From: the human T2T-CHM13v2.0 reference genome, Homo sapiens
Reading direction: 5' to 3' (one strand)
DNA length: 64,000 bases
NCBI RefSeq assembly: GCF_009914755.1
Contig: NC_060934.1
The position numbers and the translations under genes were made by a program. This document shows, piece by piece, positions 24,701 through 37,900 of this stretch; position 1 is the first letter of the stretch; every line of letters begins with the position of its first letter. Below the pieces are notes generated by a model. The model did no database searches and was not told where the DNA came from. It was given only the letters and a program-made list of their open reading frames with translations.

Positions 24701-27574
24701 GAAACTAGTTTGTGATGTGTGCCTTCAACTCACAGAGTTTAACCTTTCTTTTCGTAGAGCAGTTTGGAAACACTCTATTTGTAAAGTCTGCAAGTGGATA
24801 TTTGGACCTCTTTGAGGCCTTCGTTGGAAACGGGATTTCTTCATATAACGCTAGACAGAAGAATTCTCAGTAACTTCTTTGTGTTGTGTGTATTCAACTC
24901 ACAGAGTTGAACCTTTCTTTAGAGGGAGCAGGGGTGAAACACTCTTTTTGTGGAATTTGCTAGTGCAGATTTCAAACGCTTCGAAGACAGTGATAGAAAA
25001 GGATATATCTTCGTATAAAAACTAGACAAAATCATTCTCAAAAACCACTTTCTGATGTGTGTGTTCAACTCACAGAGTTTAACCTTTCTTTAATCGAGCA
25101 GTTTGGAAATACACTCTTTGTAAGTCTGCAGGTGGATATATGGCCCTCTATGAGCCCTTCGTTGGAAACGGGATTTCCTCATATAATGCTAGACAGAAGA
25201 ATTCTCAGTAACTTCTTAGTGTTGTTTGTATTCAACTCACAGATTTGAACCTTCCTTTAGAGAGAGCAGATGTGAAACACTCTGTTTTTGGAATTTGCAA
25301 CTGCAGATTTCAAGCACTTCTAGGCCTATGGCAGAAAAGGAAATATCTTCTTATAAAAACTACACAGAATCATTCTCAACAACTACTATGTGATGTGTGC
25401 GTTCAACTCACAGAGTTTAACCTTTCTTTTCATAGAGCAGTTTGGAAACACTCTGTTTGTAAAGCCTGCAAGTGCATTTTTTGGACTTCATTGAGACCTT
25501 CGTTGGAAACGGGATTTCTTCACATAATGCTAGACAGAAGAATTCTCAGTCACTTCTTTGTGTTGTGTGTATTCAAGTCACAGAGTTCAACCTTCCTTTA
25601 GACAGAGCAGTTTTGAAAAACTCTTTCTGTGGAATTTGCAAGTGGAGATTTCAAGCGATTTGAGGCTAATCTTTGAAATGGAAATATCTTCGTGTAAAAA
25701 CTACACAGAATCATTCTCAGTAACTGCTTTGTTATGTGTGCGTTCAGCTCACAGAGTTCCACCTTTCTTTTCATAGAGCAGTTTGGAAAGTCTCTGTCTG
25801 TAAAGTCTGCAATTGATTACTTGGACCCCTTTGAGGACTTCGATGGAAGCGGGATTTTTTCATTTACTGCTAGACAGAACAATTCTCATTAAATCCTTTG
25901 TGTTGTGTGTATTCAACTCACAGAGTGGAACCTTCCTTTATTCAGAGCAGTTTTGAAACACCCTTTTTGTGGAATTTGCAAGTGGAGATTTCAAGCGATT
26001 TCACGCCAATCTTAGACATGGAAATATCTTCGTCTTAAAAGTACACAGAGTCATTCGCAGAAACCAGATTGTCAAGTGTGCCTTCAATTCACAGAGTTTA
26101 ACTTGCTTTTCATAGAGCAGTTTGGAAACACTCTATTTGTAAAGTCTGCAAGTGGATATTTCTACCTCTTTGAGGCCTTCATTGGAAACGGGATTTCTTC
26201 ATATAACGCTAGACAGAAGAATTCTGAGTAACTTCTTTGTGTTGTGTGTATTCAACTCACAGAGTTGAACCTTTCTTTAGAGAGAGCAGATTTGAAACAC
26301 TCTTTTTGTGGAATTTGCTAGTGCAGATTTCAAACGCTTCGAAGACAATGATAGAAAAGGTTATATCTTCGTATTAAAACTAGACAAAATCATTCTCAGA
26401 AAACACTTTGTGATGTGTGTGTTCAACTCACAGAGTTTAACCTTTCTTTAATTGAGCAGTTTGGAAACACACTCTTTGTAAGTCTGCAAGTGGATAATTG
26501 GCCCTCTTTGAGCCCTTCGTTGGAAATGGGATTTCCTCATTTTGTGCTAGACAGAAGAATTCTCAGTAACTTCTTTGTGTTGTTTGTATTCAACTCACAG
26601 ATTTGAACCTTTCTTTAGATAGAGCAGATTTGAAACACTCTGTTTTTGGAATTTGCAAGGGCAGATTTCAAGCGCTTCTAGGCCTATGGCAGAAAAGGAA
26701 ATATCTTCGTATAAAAACAACACAGAATCATTCTCAACAACTACTTTGTGATGTGCGCGTTCAACTCACAGACTTTAACCTTTCTTTTCATAGAGCAGTT
26801 TGGAAACACTCTGTTTGTAAAGTCTGCAGGTGCTTATTTGGACTTCTTTGAGGCCTTCGTTGGATAGGGGATTTCTTCATATAATGCTAGACAGAAGAAT
26901 TCTCAGTCACTTCATTGTGTTGTGGTATTCAAGTCACAGAGTTGAAACTTCCTTTAGACCGAGCAGTTTTGATAAACTCTTTCTGTGGAATTTGCAAGTG
27001 AAGATTTCAAGCGATTTGAGGCTAATCTTTGAAATGGAAATATCTTCGTGTAAAAACTACACAGAATCATTCTCAGAAACTGCTTTGTTATCTGTGCGTT
27101 CAGTTCACAGAGTTTCACCTTTCTCTTCATAGAGCAGTTTGGAAAGACTCTGTCAGTAAAGTCTGCAAGTGATTACTTGGACCCCTTTGTGGACTTCGTT
27201 TGAAGCGGGATTTTTTCATTTACTGCTAGACAGAAGAATTCTCAGTAAATCCTTTGTGTTGTGTTTATTCAACTCACAGAGTTGAACCTTCCTTTATTCA
27301 GAGCAGTTTTGAAACACTCTTTTCGTGGAATTTGCAAGTGGAGACTTCAAGCGATTTGATGCCAATCTTAGACATGGAAATATCTTCGTATTAAAACTAC
27401 ACAGAGTCATTCGCAGAAACTAGTTTGTGATGTGTGCCTTCAATTCACAGAGTTTAACTTTCTTATCATAGAGCAGTTTGGAAACACTCTATTTGTAAAG
27501 TCTGCAAGTGGATATTTCGACATCTTTGAGGCCTACGTTGGAAACGGGATTTCTTCATATAACGCTAGACAGAA
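15750..27574 (+). repeat. SF2 8-mer HOR (PQRS, ~1357 bp), moderately diverged copies
   Basis: Unit-start EcoRI sites at ~16044, 17399, 18757, 20111, 22148, 23504, 24861, 26219 and 27575 give spacings of 1354-1358, with one of 2037. ORF-track repeats 16427/17784 and 25245/26603/27959 agree. Confidence 0.93.
20111..22147 (+). repeat. Single alternative 12-mer unit PQRSRS inside the 8-mer layer
   Basis: A-monomer order: P ~20225, Q ~20570, R ~20915, S ~21250, R ~21595, S ~21935, next P ~22260. Confidence 0.9.
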
Positions 27575-28890
27575 GAATTCTCAGTAACTTCTTTGTGTTG
27601 TGTGTATTCAACTCACAGAGTTGAACCTTTCTTTAGAGAGAGCAGATTTGAAACACTCTTTTTGTGGAATTTGCTAGTGCAGATTTAAGACGCTTCGAAG
27701 ACAGTGATAGAAAAGGATATATCTTCGTATTAAAACTAGAAAAAATCATTCTCATAAACCACTTTCTGATGTGTGTGTTCAACTCACAGAGTTTGACCTT
27801 TCTTTAATCGAGTAGTTTGGAAATACAATCTTTGAAAGTCTGCAAGTGGATAATTGGCCCTCTTTGAACCCTTCGTTGTAAACGGGATTTCCTCATATAA
27901 TGCTAGACAGAAGAATTCTCAGTAACTTCTTTGTGTTGTTTGTATTCAACTCACAGATTTGAACCTTCGTTTAGAGAGAGCATGTTTCAAACACTCTTTT
28001 TTTGGAATTTGCAAGTGCAGATTTCAAGCTCTTCTAGGCCTATGGCAGAAAAGGGAATATCTTCGTATAAAAACTACACAGAATCATTCTCAACAACTAC
28101 TTTGTGATGTGTGTGTTCAACTCACAGAGTTTAACCTTTCTTTTCATAGAGCAGTTTGGAAACACTCTGTTTGTAAAGTCTGCAGGTGCTTATTTGGACT
28201 TCTTTGACGCCTTCGTTGGAAACGGGATTTCTTCATATAATGCTAGACAGAAGAATTCTCAGTCACTTCTTTGCGTTGCATGTATTCAAGTCACAGAGTT
28301 GAACCTTCCTTTAGACAGAGCAGTTTTGAAAAACTCTTTCTGTGGAATTTGCAAGTGGAGATTTCAAGCGATTTGAGGCTAATCTTTGAAATGGAAATAT
28401 CTTCGTGTAAAAACTACACAGAATCATTCTCAGAAACTGCTTTATTATGTGTGCGTTCAGCTCACAGAGTTCCACCTTTCTTTTCATAGAGCAGTTTGGA
28501 AAGACTCTGTCTGTAAAGTCTGCAAGTGATTACTTGGACCCCTTTGAGGACTTCCTTTGAAGCGGGATTTTTTCATTTACTGCTAGACAGAAGAATTCTC
28601 AGTAAATCCTTAGTGTTGTGTGTTTTCAACTCACAGAGTTGAACCTTCCTTTATTCAGAGCAGTTTTGAAACACTCTTTTTGTGGAATTTGCAAGTGGAG
28701 ATTTCAAGCGATTTCACGCGAATCTTAGACATGGAAATATCTTCATATTAAAAGTACACAGAGTCATTCGTAGAAACTAGTTTGTGATGTGTGCCTTCAA
28801 CTCACAGAGTTTAACCTTTCTTTTCATAGAGCAGTTTGGAAACACTCTATTTGTAAAGTCTGCAAGTGGATATTTGGACCTCTTTGAGGC

Positions 28891-28907
28891 CTTCGTTCGA
28901 AAAGGGA
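28891..28907 (+). promoter_or_regulatory. Degenerate CENP-B box fixed in the S dimer of the 12-mer (first copy)
   Basis: CTTCGTTCGAAAAGGGA has AGGG in place of the essential CGGG. It recurs at 30928, 32965, 35002, 37039 and 39076. Confidence 0.9.
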
Positions 28908-31900
28908 TTTCTTCATACAACGCTAGACAGAAGAATTCTCAGTAACTTCTTTGTGTTGTGTGTATTCAACTCACAGAGTTGAACCTTTCTTTAGAGAGAG
29001 CAGAGTTGAAACACCCTGTTTTTGGAATTTGCAAGTGCAGATTTCAAGCGCTTCTAGGCCTATGGCAGAAAAGGAAATATCTTCGTATAAAAACTACACA
29101 GAATCATTCTCAACAACTACTTTGTGATGTGTGCGTTCAACTCACAAAGTTTAACCTTTCTTTTCATAGAGAAGTTTGGAAACACTCTGTTTGTAAAGCC
29201 TGCAAGTGCTTTTTTGGACTTCATTGAGGCCTTCTTTGGAAACGGGATTTCTTCATATAATGCTAGACAGAAGAATTCTCAGTAAATCCTTTGTGTTGTG
29301 TGTATTCAACTCACAGAGTGGAACCTTCCTTTATTCAGAGCAGTTTTGAAAGAGTCTTTTTGTGGAATTTGCAAATGGAGATTTCAAGCGATTTGACGCC
29401 AATCTTAGACATGGAAATATCTTCATATTAAAAGTACACAGAGTCATTCGTAGAAACTAGTTTGTGATGTGTGCCTTCAACTCACAGAGTTTAACCTTTC
29501 TTTTCATAGAGCAGTTCGGAAACACTCTATTTGTAAATTCTGCAAGTGGATATTTGGACCTCTTTGAGGCCTTCGTTGGAAACGGGATTTCTTCATATAA
29601 CGCTAGACAGAAGAATTCTCAGTAACTTCTGTGTGTTGTGTGTATTCAACTCACAGAGTTGATCCCTTCTTTAGAGAGAGCAGAGTTGAAACACTCTTTT
29701 TGTGGAATTTGCTAGTGCAGATTTCAAACGCTTCGAAGACAGTGATAGAAAAGGATATATCTTCGTATTAAAACTAGACAAAATCATTCTCAGAAAAAAC
29801 TTTGTGATGTGTGTGTTCACCTCACAGAGTTTAACCTTTCTTTAATCGAGCAGTTTGGAAATACACTCTTTGTAAGTCTGCAGGGGTATAATTGGCCCTC
29901 TTTGAGCCCTTCGTTGGAAACGGGATTTCCTCATATAATGGTAGACAGAAGAATTCTCAGTAACTTCTTTGTGTTGTTTGTATTCAACTCACAGATTTGA
30001 AACTTCCTTTAGAGAGAGCACATTTGAAACACTCTGTTTTTGGAATTTGCAAGTGCAGATTTCAAGCGCTTCTAGGCCTATGGCCGAAAAGGAAATATCT
30101 TCGTATAAAAACTACACAGAATCATTCTCAACAACTACTTTGTGATGTGTGCGTTCAACTCACAGAGTTTAACCTTTCTTTTCATAGAGCAGTTTGGAAA
30201 CACTCTGTTTGTAAAGCCTGCAAGTGCTTTTTTGGACTTCATTGAGGCCTTCGTTGGAAACGGGATTTCTTCATATAATGCTAGACAGAAGAATTCTCAG
30301 TCACTTCTTTGTGTTGTGTGTATTCAAGTCACAGAGTTGAACCTTCCTTTAGACAGAGCAGTTTTGAAAAATTCTTTCTGTGGAGTTTGCAAGTGGAGAT
30401 TTCAAGCGATTTGAGGCTAATCTTTGAAATGGAAATATCTTCGTGTAAAAACTACACAGAATCATTCTCAGAAACTGCTTTGTTATCTGTGCGTTCAGTT
30501 CACAGAGTTTCACCTTTCTCTTCATAGAGCAGTTTGGAAAGACTCTGTCTGTAAGGTCTGCAAGTGATTAGTTAGACCCCTTTGAGGCCTTCGTTGGAAG
30601 CGGGAATTCTCATTTACTGCTAGACAGAAGAATTCTCAGTAAATCCTTTTTGTTGTGTGTATTCAACTCACAGAGTTGAACCTTCCTTTATTCAGAGCAG
30701 TTTTGAAAAACACTTTTTGTGGAATTTGCAAGTGGAGATTTCAAGCGATTTGACGCCAATCTTAGACATGGAAATATCTTCATATTAAAAGTACACAGAG
30801 TCATTCGTAGAAACTAGTTTGTGATGTGTGCCTTCAACTCACAGAGTTTAACCTTTCTTTTCATAGAGTAGTTTGGAAACACTCTATTTGTAAAGTCTGC
30901 AAGTGGATATTTGGACCTCTTTGAGGCCTTCGTTCGAAAAGGGATTTCTTCATACAACGCTAGACAGAAGAATTCTCAGTAACTTCTTTGTGTTGTGTGT
31001 ATTCAACTCACAGAGTTGAACCTTTCTTTAGAGAGAGCAGAGTTGAAACACTCTGTTTTTGGAATTTGCAAGTGCAGATTTCAAGCGATTCTAGGCCTAT
31101 GGCAGAAAAGGAAATATCTTCGTATAAAAACTACAGAGAATCATTCTCAACAACTACTTTGTGATGTGTGCGTTCAACTCACAAAGTTTAACCTTTCTTT
31201 TCATAGAGAAGTTTGGAAACACTCTGTTTGTAAAGCCTACAAGTGCTTTTTTGGACTTCATTGAGGCCTTCGTTGGAAACGGGATTTCTTCATATAATGC
31301 TAGACAGAAGAATTCTCAGTAAATCCTTTGTGTTGTGTGTATTCAACTCACAGAGTGGAACCTTCCTTTATTCAGAGCAGTTTTGAAAGACTCTTTTTGT
31401 GGAATTTGCAAGTGGAGATTTCAAGCGATTTGACGCCAATCTTAGACATGGAAATATCTTCATATTAAAAGTACACAGAGTCATTCGTAGAAACTAGTTT
31501 GTGATGTGTGCCTTCAACTCACAGAGTTTTACCTTTCTTTTCATAGAGCAGTTCGGAAACACTCTATTTGTAAAGTCTGCAAGTGGATATTTGGACCTCT
31601 TTGAGGCCTTCGTTGGAAACGGGATTTCTTCATATAACGCTAGACAGAAGAATTCTCAGTAACTTCTTTGTGTTGTGTGTATTCAACTCACAGAGTTGAA
31701 CCCTTCTTTAGAGAGAGCAGAGTTGAAACACTCTTTTGGTGGAATTTGCTAGAGCAGATTTCAAACGCTTCGAAGACAGTCATAGCAAAGCATATATCTT
31801 CGTATTAAAACTAGACAAAATCATTCTCAGAAAACACTTTGTGATGTGTGTGTTCAACTCACAGAGTTTAACCTTTCTTTAATCGAGCAGTTTGGAAATA

Positions 31901-34900
31901 CACTCTTTGTAAGTCTGCAGGTGGATAATTGGCCCTCTTTGAGCCCTTCATTGGAAACGGGATTTCCTCATATAATGCTAGACAGAAGAATTCTCAGTAA
32001 CTTCTTTGTGTTGTTTGTATTCAACTCACAGATTTGAACCTTCCTTTAGAGAGAGCAGATTTGAAACACTCTGTTTTTGGAATTTGCAAGTGCAGATTTC
32101 AAGCGCTTCTAGGCCTATGGCAGAAAAGGAAATATCTTCGTATAAAAACTACACAGAATCATTCTCAACAACTACTTTGTGATGTGTGCGTTCAACTCAC
32201 AGAGTTTAACCTTTCTTTTCATAGAGCAGTTTGGAAACACTCTGTTTGTAAAGCCTGCAAGTGCTTTTTTGGACTTCATTGAGGCCTTCGTTGGAAACGG
32301 GATTTCTTCATGTAATGCTAGACAGAAGAATTCTCATTCACTTCTTTGTGTTGTGTGTATTCAAGTCACAGAGTTGAACCTTCCTTTAGACAGAGCAGTT
32401 TTGAAAAATTCTTTCTGTGGAATTTGCAAGTGGAGATTTCAAGCGATTTGAGGCTAATCTTTGAAATGGAAATATCTTCGTGTAAAAACTACACAGAATC
32501 ATTCTCAGAAACTGCTTTGTCATCTGTGCGTTCAGTTCACAGAGTTTCACCTTTCTCTTCATAGAGCAGTTTGGAAAGACTCTGTCTGTAAAGTCTGCAA
32601 GTGATTAGTTAGACCCCATTGAGGCCTTCGTTGGAAGCGGGATTTCTCATTTACTGCTAGACAGAAGAATTCTCAGTAAATCCTTTGTGTTGTGTGTATT
32701 CAACTCACAGAGTGGAACCTTCCTTTATTCAGAGCAGTTTTGAAAAACACTTTTTGTGGAATTTGGAAGTGGAGATTTCAAGCGATTTGACGCCAATCTT
32801 AGACATGGAAATATCTTCATATTAAAAGTACACAGAGTCATTCGTAGAAACTAGTTTGTGATGTGTGCCTTCAACTCACAGAGTTTAACCTTTCTTTTCA
32901 TAGAGTAGTTTGGAAACACTCTATTTGTAAAGTCTGCAAGTGGATATTTGGACCTCTTTGAGGCCTTCGTTCGAAAAGGGATTTCTTCATACAACGCTAG
33001 ACAGAAGAATTCTCAGTAACTTCTTTGTGTTGTGTGTATTCAACTCACAGAGTTGAACCTTTCTTTAGAGAGAGCAGAGTTGAAACACTCTGTTTTTGGA
33101 ATTTGCAAGTGCAGATTTCAAGCGATTCTAGGCCTATGGCAGAAAAGGAAATATCTTCGTATAAAAACTACACAGAATCATTCTCAACAACTACTTTGTG
33201 ATGTGTGCGTTCAACTCACAAAGTTTAACCTTTCTTTTCATAGAGAAGTTTGGAAACACTCTGTTTGTAAAGCCTGCAAGTGCTTTTTTGGACTTCATTG
33301 AGGCCTTCGTTGGAAACGGGATTTCTTCATGTAATGCTAGACAGAAGAATTCTCAGTCACTTCTTTGTGTTGTGTGTATTCAAGTCACAGAGTTGAACCT
33401 TCCTTTATTCAGAGCAGTTTTGAAACACTCTTTTTGTGGAATTTGCAAGTGGAGATTTCAAGCGATTTGACGCCAATCTTAGACATGGAAATATCTTCAT
33501 ATTAAAAGAACACAGAGTCATTCGTAGAAACTAGTTTGTGATGTGTGCCTTCAACTCACAGAGTTTAACCTTTCTTTTCATAGAGCAGTTCGGAAACACT
33601 CTATTTGTAAAGTCTGCAAGTGGATATTTGGACCTCTTTGAGGCCTTCGTTGGAAACGGGATTTCTTCATATAACGCTAGACAGAAGAATTCTCAGTAAC
33701 TTCTTTGTGTTGTGTGTATTCAACTCACAGAGTTGAACCCTTCTTTAGAGAGAGCAGAGTTGAAACACTCTTTTTGTGGAATTTGCTAGTGCAGATTTCA
33801 AACGCTTCGAAGACAGTGATAGAAAAGGATATATCTTCGTATTAAAACTAGACAAAATCATTCTCAGAAAACACTTTGTGATGTGTGTGTTCAACTCACA
33901 GAGTTTAACCTTTCTTTAATCGAGCAGTTTGGAAATACACTCTTTGTAAGTCTGCAGGTGGATAATTGGCCCCCTTTGAGCCCTTCGTTGGAAACGGGAT
34001 TTCCTCATATAATGCTAGACAGAAGAATTCTCAGTAACTTCTTTGTGTTGTTTGTATTCAACTCACAGATTTGAACCTTCCTTTAGAGAGAGCAGATTTG
34101 AAACACTCTGTTTTTGGAATTTGCAAGTGCAGATTTCAAGCGCTTCTAGGCCTATGGCAGAAAAGGAAATATCTTCGTATACAAACTACACAGAATCATT
34201 CTCAACAACTGCTTTGTGATGTGTGCGTTCAACTCACAGAGTTTAACCTTTCTTTTCATAGAGCAGTTTGGAAACACTCTGTTTGTAAATCCTGCAAGTG
34301 CTTCTTTGGACTTCATTGAGGCCTTCATTGGAAACGGGATTTCTTCATGTAATGCTAGACAGAAGAATTCTCAGTCACTTCTTTGTGTTGTGTGTATTCA
34401 AGTCACAGAGTTGAACCTTCCTTTAGACAGAGCAGTTTTGAAAAATTCTTTCTGTGGAATTTGCAAGTGGAGATTTCAAGCGATTTGAGGCTAATCTTTG
34501 AAATGGAAATATCTTCGTGTAAAAACTACACAGAATCATTCTCAGAAACTGCTTTGTCATCTGTGCGTTCAGTTCACAGAGTTTCACCTTTCTCTTCATA
34601 GAGCAGTTTGGAAAGACTCTGTCTGTAATGTCTGCAAGTGATTAGTTAGACCCCATTGAGGCCTTCGTTGGAAGCGGGATTTCTCATTTACTGCTAGACA
34701 GAAGAATTCTCAGTAAATCCTTTGTGTTGTGTGTATTCAACTCACAGAGTTGAACCTTCCTTTATTCAGAGCAGTTTTGAAAAACACTTTTTGTGGAATT
34801 TGGAAGTGGAGATTTCAAGCGATTTGACGCCAATCTTAGACATGGAAATATCTTCATATTAAAAGTACACAGAGTCATTCGTAGAAACTAGTTTGTGATG

Positions 34901-37900
34901 TGTGCCTTCAACTCACAGAGTTTAACCTTTCTTTTCATAGAGTAGTTTGGAAACACTCTATTTGTAAAGTCTGCAAGTGGATATTTGGACCTCTTTGAGG
35001 CCTTCGTTCGAAAAGGGATTTCTTCATACAACGCTAGACAGAAGAATTCTCAGTAACTTCTTTGTGTTGTGTGTATTCAACTCACAGAGTTGAACCTTTC
35101 TTTAGAGAGAGCAGAGTTGAAACACTCTGTTTTTGGAATTTGCAAGTGCAGATTTCAAGCGATTCTAGGCCTATGGCAGAAAAGGAAATATCTTCGTATA
35201 AAAATTACACAGAATCATTCTCAACAACTACTTTGTGATGTGTGCGTTCAACTCACAAAGTTTAACCTTTCTTTTCATAGAGAAGGTTGGAATCACTCTG
35301 TTTGTAAAGCCTGCAAGTGCTTTTTTGGACTTCATTGAGGCCTTCTTTGGAAACGGGATTTCTTCATATAATGCTAGACAGAAGAATTCTCAGTAAATCC
35401 TTTGTGTTGTGTGTATTCAACTCACAGAGTGGAACCTTCCTTTATTCAGAGCAGTTTTGAAACACTCTTTTTGTGGAATTTGCAAGTGGAGATTTCAAGC
35501 GATTTGACGCCAATCTTAGACATGGAAATATCTTCATATTAAAAGAACACAGAGTCATTCGTAGAAACTAGTTTGTGATGTGTGCCTTCAACTCACAGAG
35601 TTTAACCTTTCTTTTCATAGAGCAGTTCGGAAACACTCTATTTGTAAAGTCTGCAAGTGGATATTTGGACCTCTTTGAGGCCTTCGTTGGAAACGGGATT
35701 TCTTCATATAACGCTAGACAGAAGAATTCTCAGTAACTTCTTTGTGTTGTGTGTATTCAACTCACAGAGTTGAACCCTTCTTTAGAGAGAGCAGAGTTGA
35801 AACACTCTTTTTGTGGAATTTGCTAGTGCAGATTTCAAACGCTTCGAAGACAGTGATAGAAAAGGATATATCTTCGTATTAAAACTAGACAAAATCATTC
35901 TCAGAAAACACTTTGTGATGTGTGTGTTCAACTCACAGAGTTTAACCTTTCTTTAATCGAGCAGTTTGGAAATACACTCTTTGTAAGTCTGCAGGTGGAT
36001 AATTGGCCCCCTTTGAGCCCTTCGTTGGAAACGGGATTTCCTCATATAATGCTAGACAGAAGAATTCTCAGTAACTTCTTTGTGTTGTTTGTATTCAACT
36101 CACAGATTTGAACCTTCCTTTAGAGAGAGCAGATTTGAAACACTCTGTTTTTGGAATTTGCAAGTGCAGATTTCAAGCGCTTCTAGGCCTATGGCAGAAA
36201 AGGAAATATCTTCGTATACAAACTACACAGAATCATTCTCAACAACTGCTTTGTGATGTGTGCGTTCAACTCACAGAGTTTAACCTTTCTTTTCATAGAG
36301 CAGTTTGGAAACACTCTGTTTGTAAATCCTGCAAGTGCTTCTTTGGACTTCATTGAGGCCTTCATTGGAAACGGGATTTCTTCATGTAATGCTAGACAGA
36401 AGAATTCTCAGTCACTTCTTTGTGTTGTGTGTATTCAAGTCACAGAGTTGAACCTTCCTTTAGACAGAGCAGTTTTGAAAAATTCTTTCTGTGGAATTTG
36501 CAAGTGGAGATTTCAAGCGATTTGAGGCTAATCTTTGAAATGGAAATATCTTCGTGTAAAAACTACACGGAATCATTCTCAGAAACTGCTTTGTCATCTG
36601 TGCGTTCAGTTCACAGAGTTTCACCTTTCTCTTCATAGAGCAGTTTGGAAAGACTCTGTCTGTAAAGTCTGCAAGTGATTAGTTAGACCCCATTGAGGCC
36701 TTCGTTGGAAGCGGGATTTCTCATTTACTGCTAGACAGAAGAATTCTCAGTAAATCCTTTGTGTTGTGTGTATTCAACTCACAGAGTTGAACCTTCCTTT
36801 ATTCAGAGCAGTTTTGAAAAACACTTTTTGTGGAATTTGGAAGTGGAGATTTCAAGCGATTTGACGCCAATCTTAGACATGGAAATATCTTCATATTAAA
36901 AGTACACAGAGTCATTCGTAGAAACTAGTTTGTGATGTGTGCCTTCAACTCACAGAGTTTAACCTTTCTTTTCATAGAGTAGTTTGGAAACACTCTATTT
37001 GTAAAGTCTGCAAGTGGATATTTGGACCTCTTTGAGGCCTTCGTTCGAAAAGGGATTTCTTCATACAACGCTAGACAGAAGAATTCTCAATAACTTCTTT
37101 GTGTTGTGTGTATTCAACTCACAGAGTTGAACCTTTCTTTAGAGAGAGCAGAGTTGAAACACTCTGTTTTTGGAATTTGCAAGTGCAGATTTCAAGCGAT
37201 TCTAGGCCTATGGCAGAAAAGGAAATATCTTCGTATAAAAACTACACAGAATCATTCTCAACAACTACTTTGTGATGTGTGCGTTCAACTCACAAAGTTT
37301 AACCTTTCTTTTCATAGAGAAGTTTGGAAACACTCTGTTTGTAAAGCCTGCAAGTGCTTTTTTGGACTTCATTGAGGACTTCGTTGGAAACGGGATTTCA
37401 TCATATAATGCTAGACAGAAGAATTCTCAGTAAATCCTTTGTGTTGTGTGTATTCAACTCACAGAGTGGAACCTTCCTTTATTCAGAGTAGTTTTGAAAG
37501 ACTCTTTTTGTGGAATTTGCAAGTGGAGATTTCAAGCGATTTGACGCCAATCTTAGACATGGAAATATCTTCATATTAAAAGAACACAGAGTCATTCGTA
37601 GAAACTAGTTTGTGATGTGTGCCTTCAACTCACAGAGTTTAACCTTTCTTTTCATAGAGGAGTTCGGAAACACTCTATTTGTAAAGTCTGCAAGTGGATA
37701 TTTGGACCTCTTTGAGGCCTTCGTTGGAAACGGGATTTCTTCATATAACGCTAGACAGAAGAATTCTCAGTAACTTCTTTGTGTTGTGTGTATTCAACTC
37801 ACAGAGTTGAACCCTTCTTTAGAGAGAGCAGAGTTGAAACACTCTTTTTGTGGAATTTGCTAGTGCAGATTTCAAACGCTTCGAAGACAGTGATAGAAAA

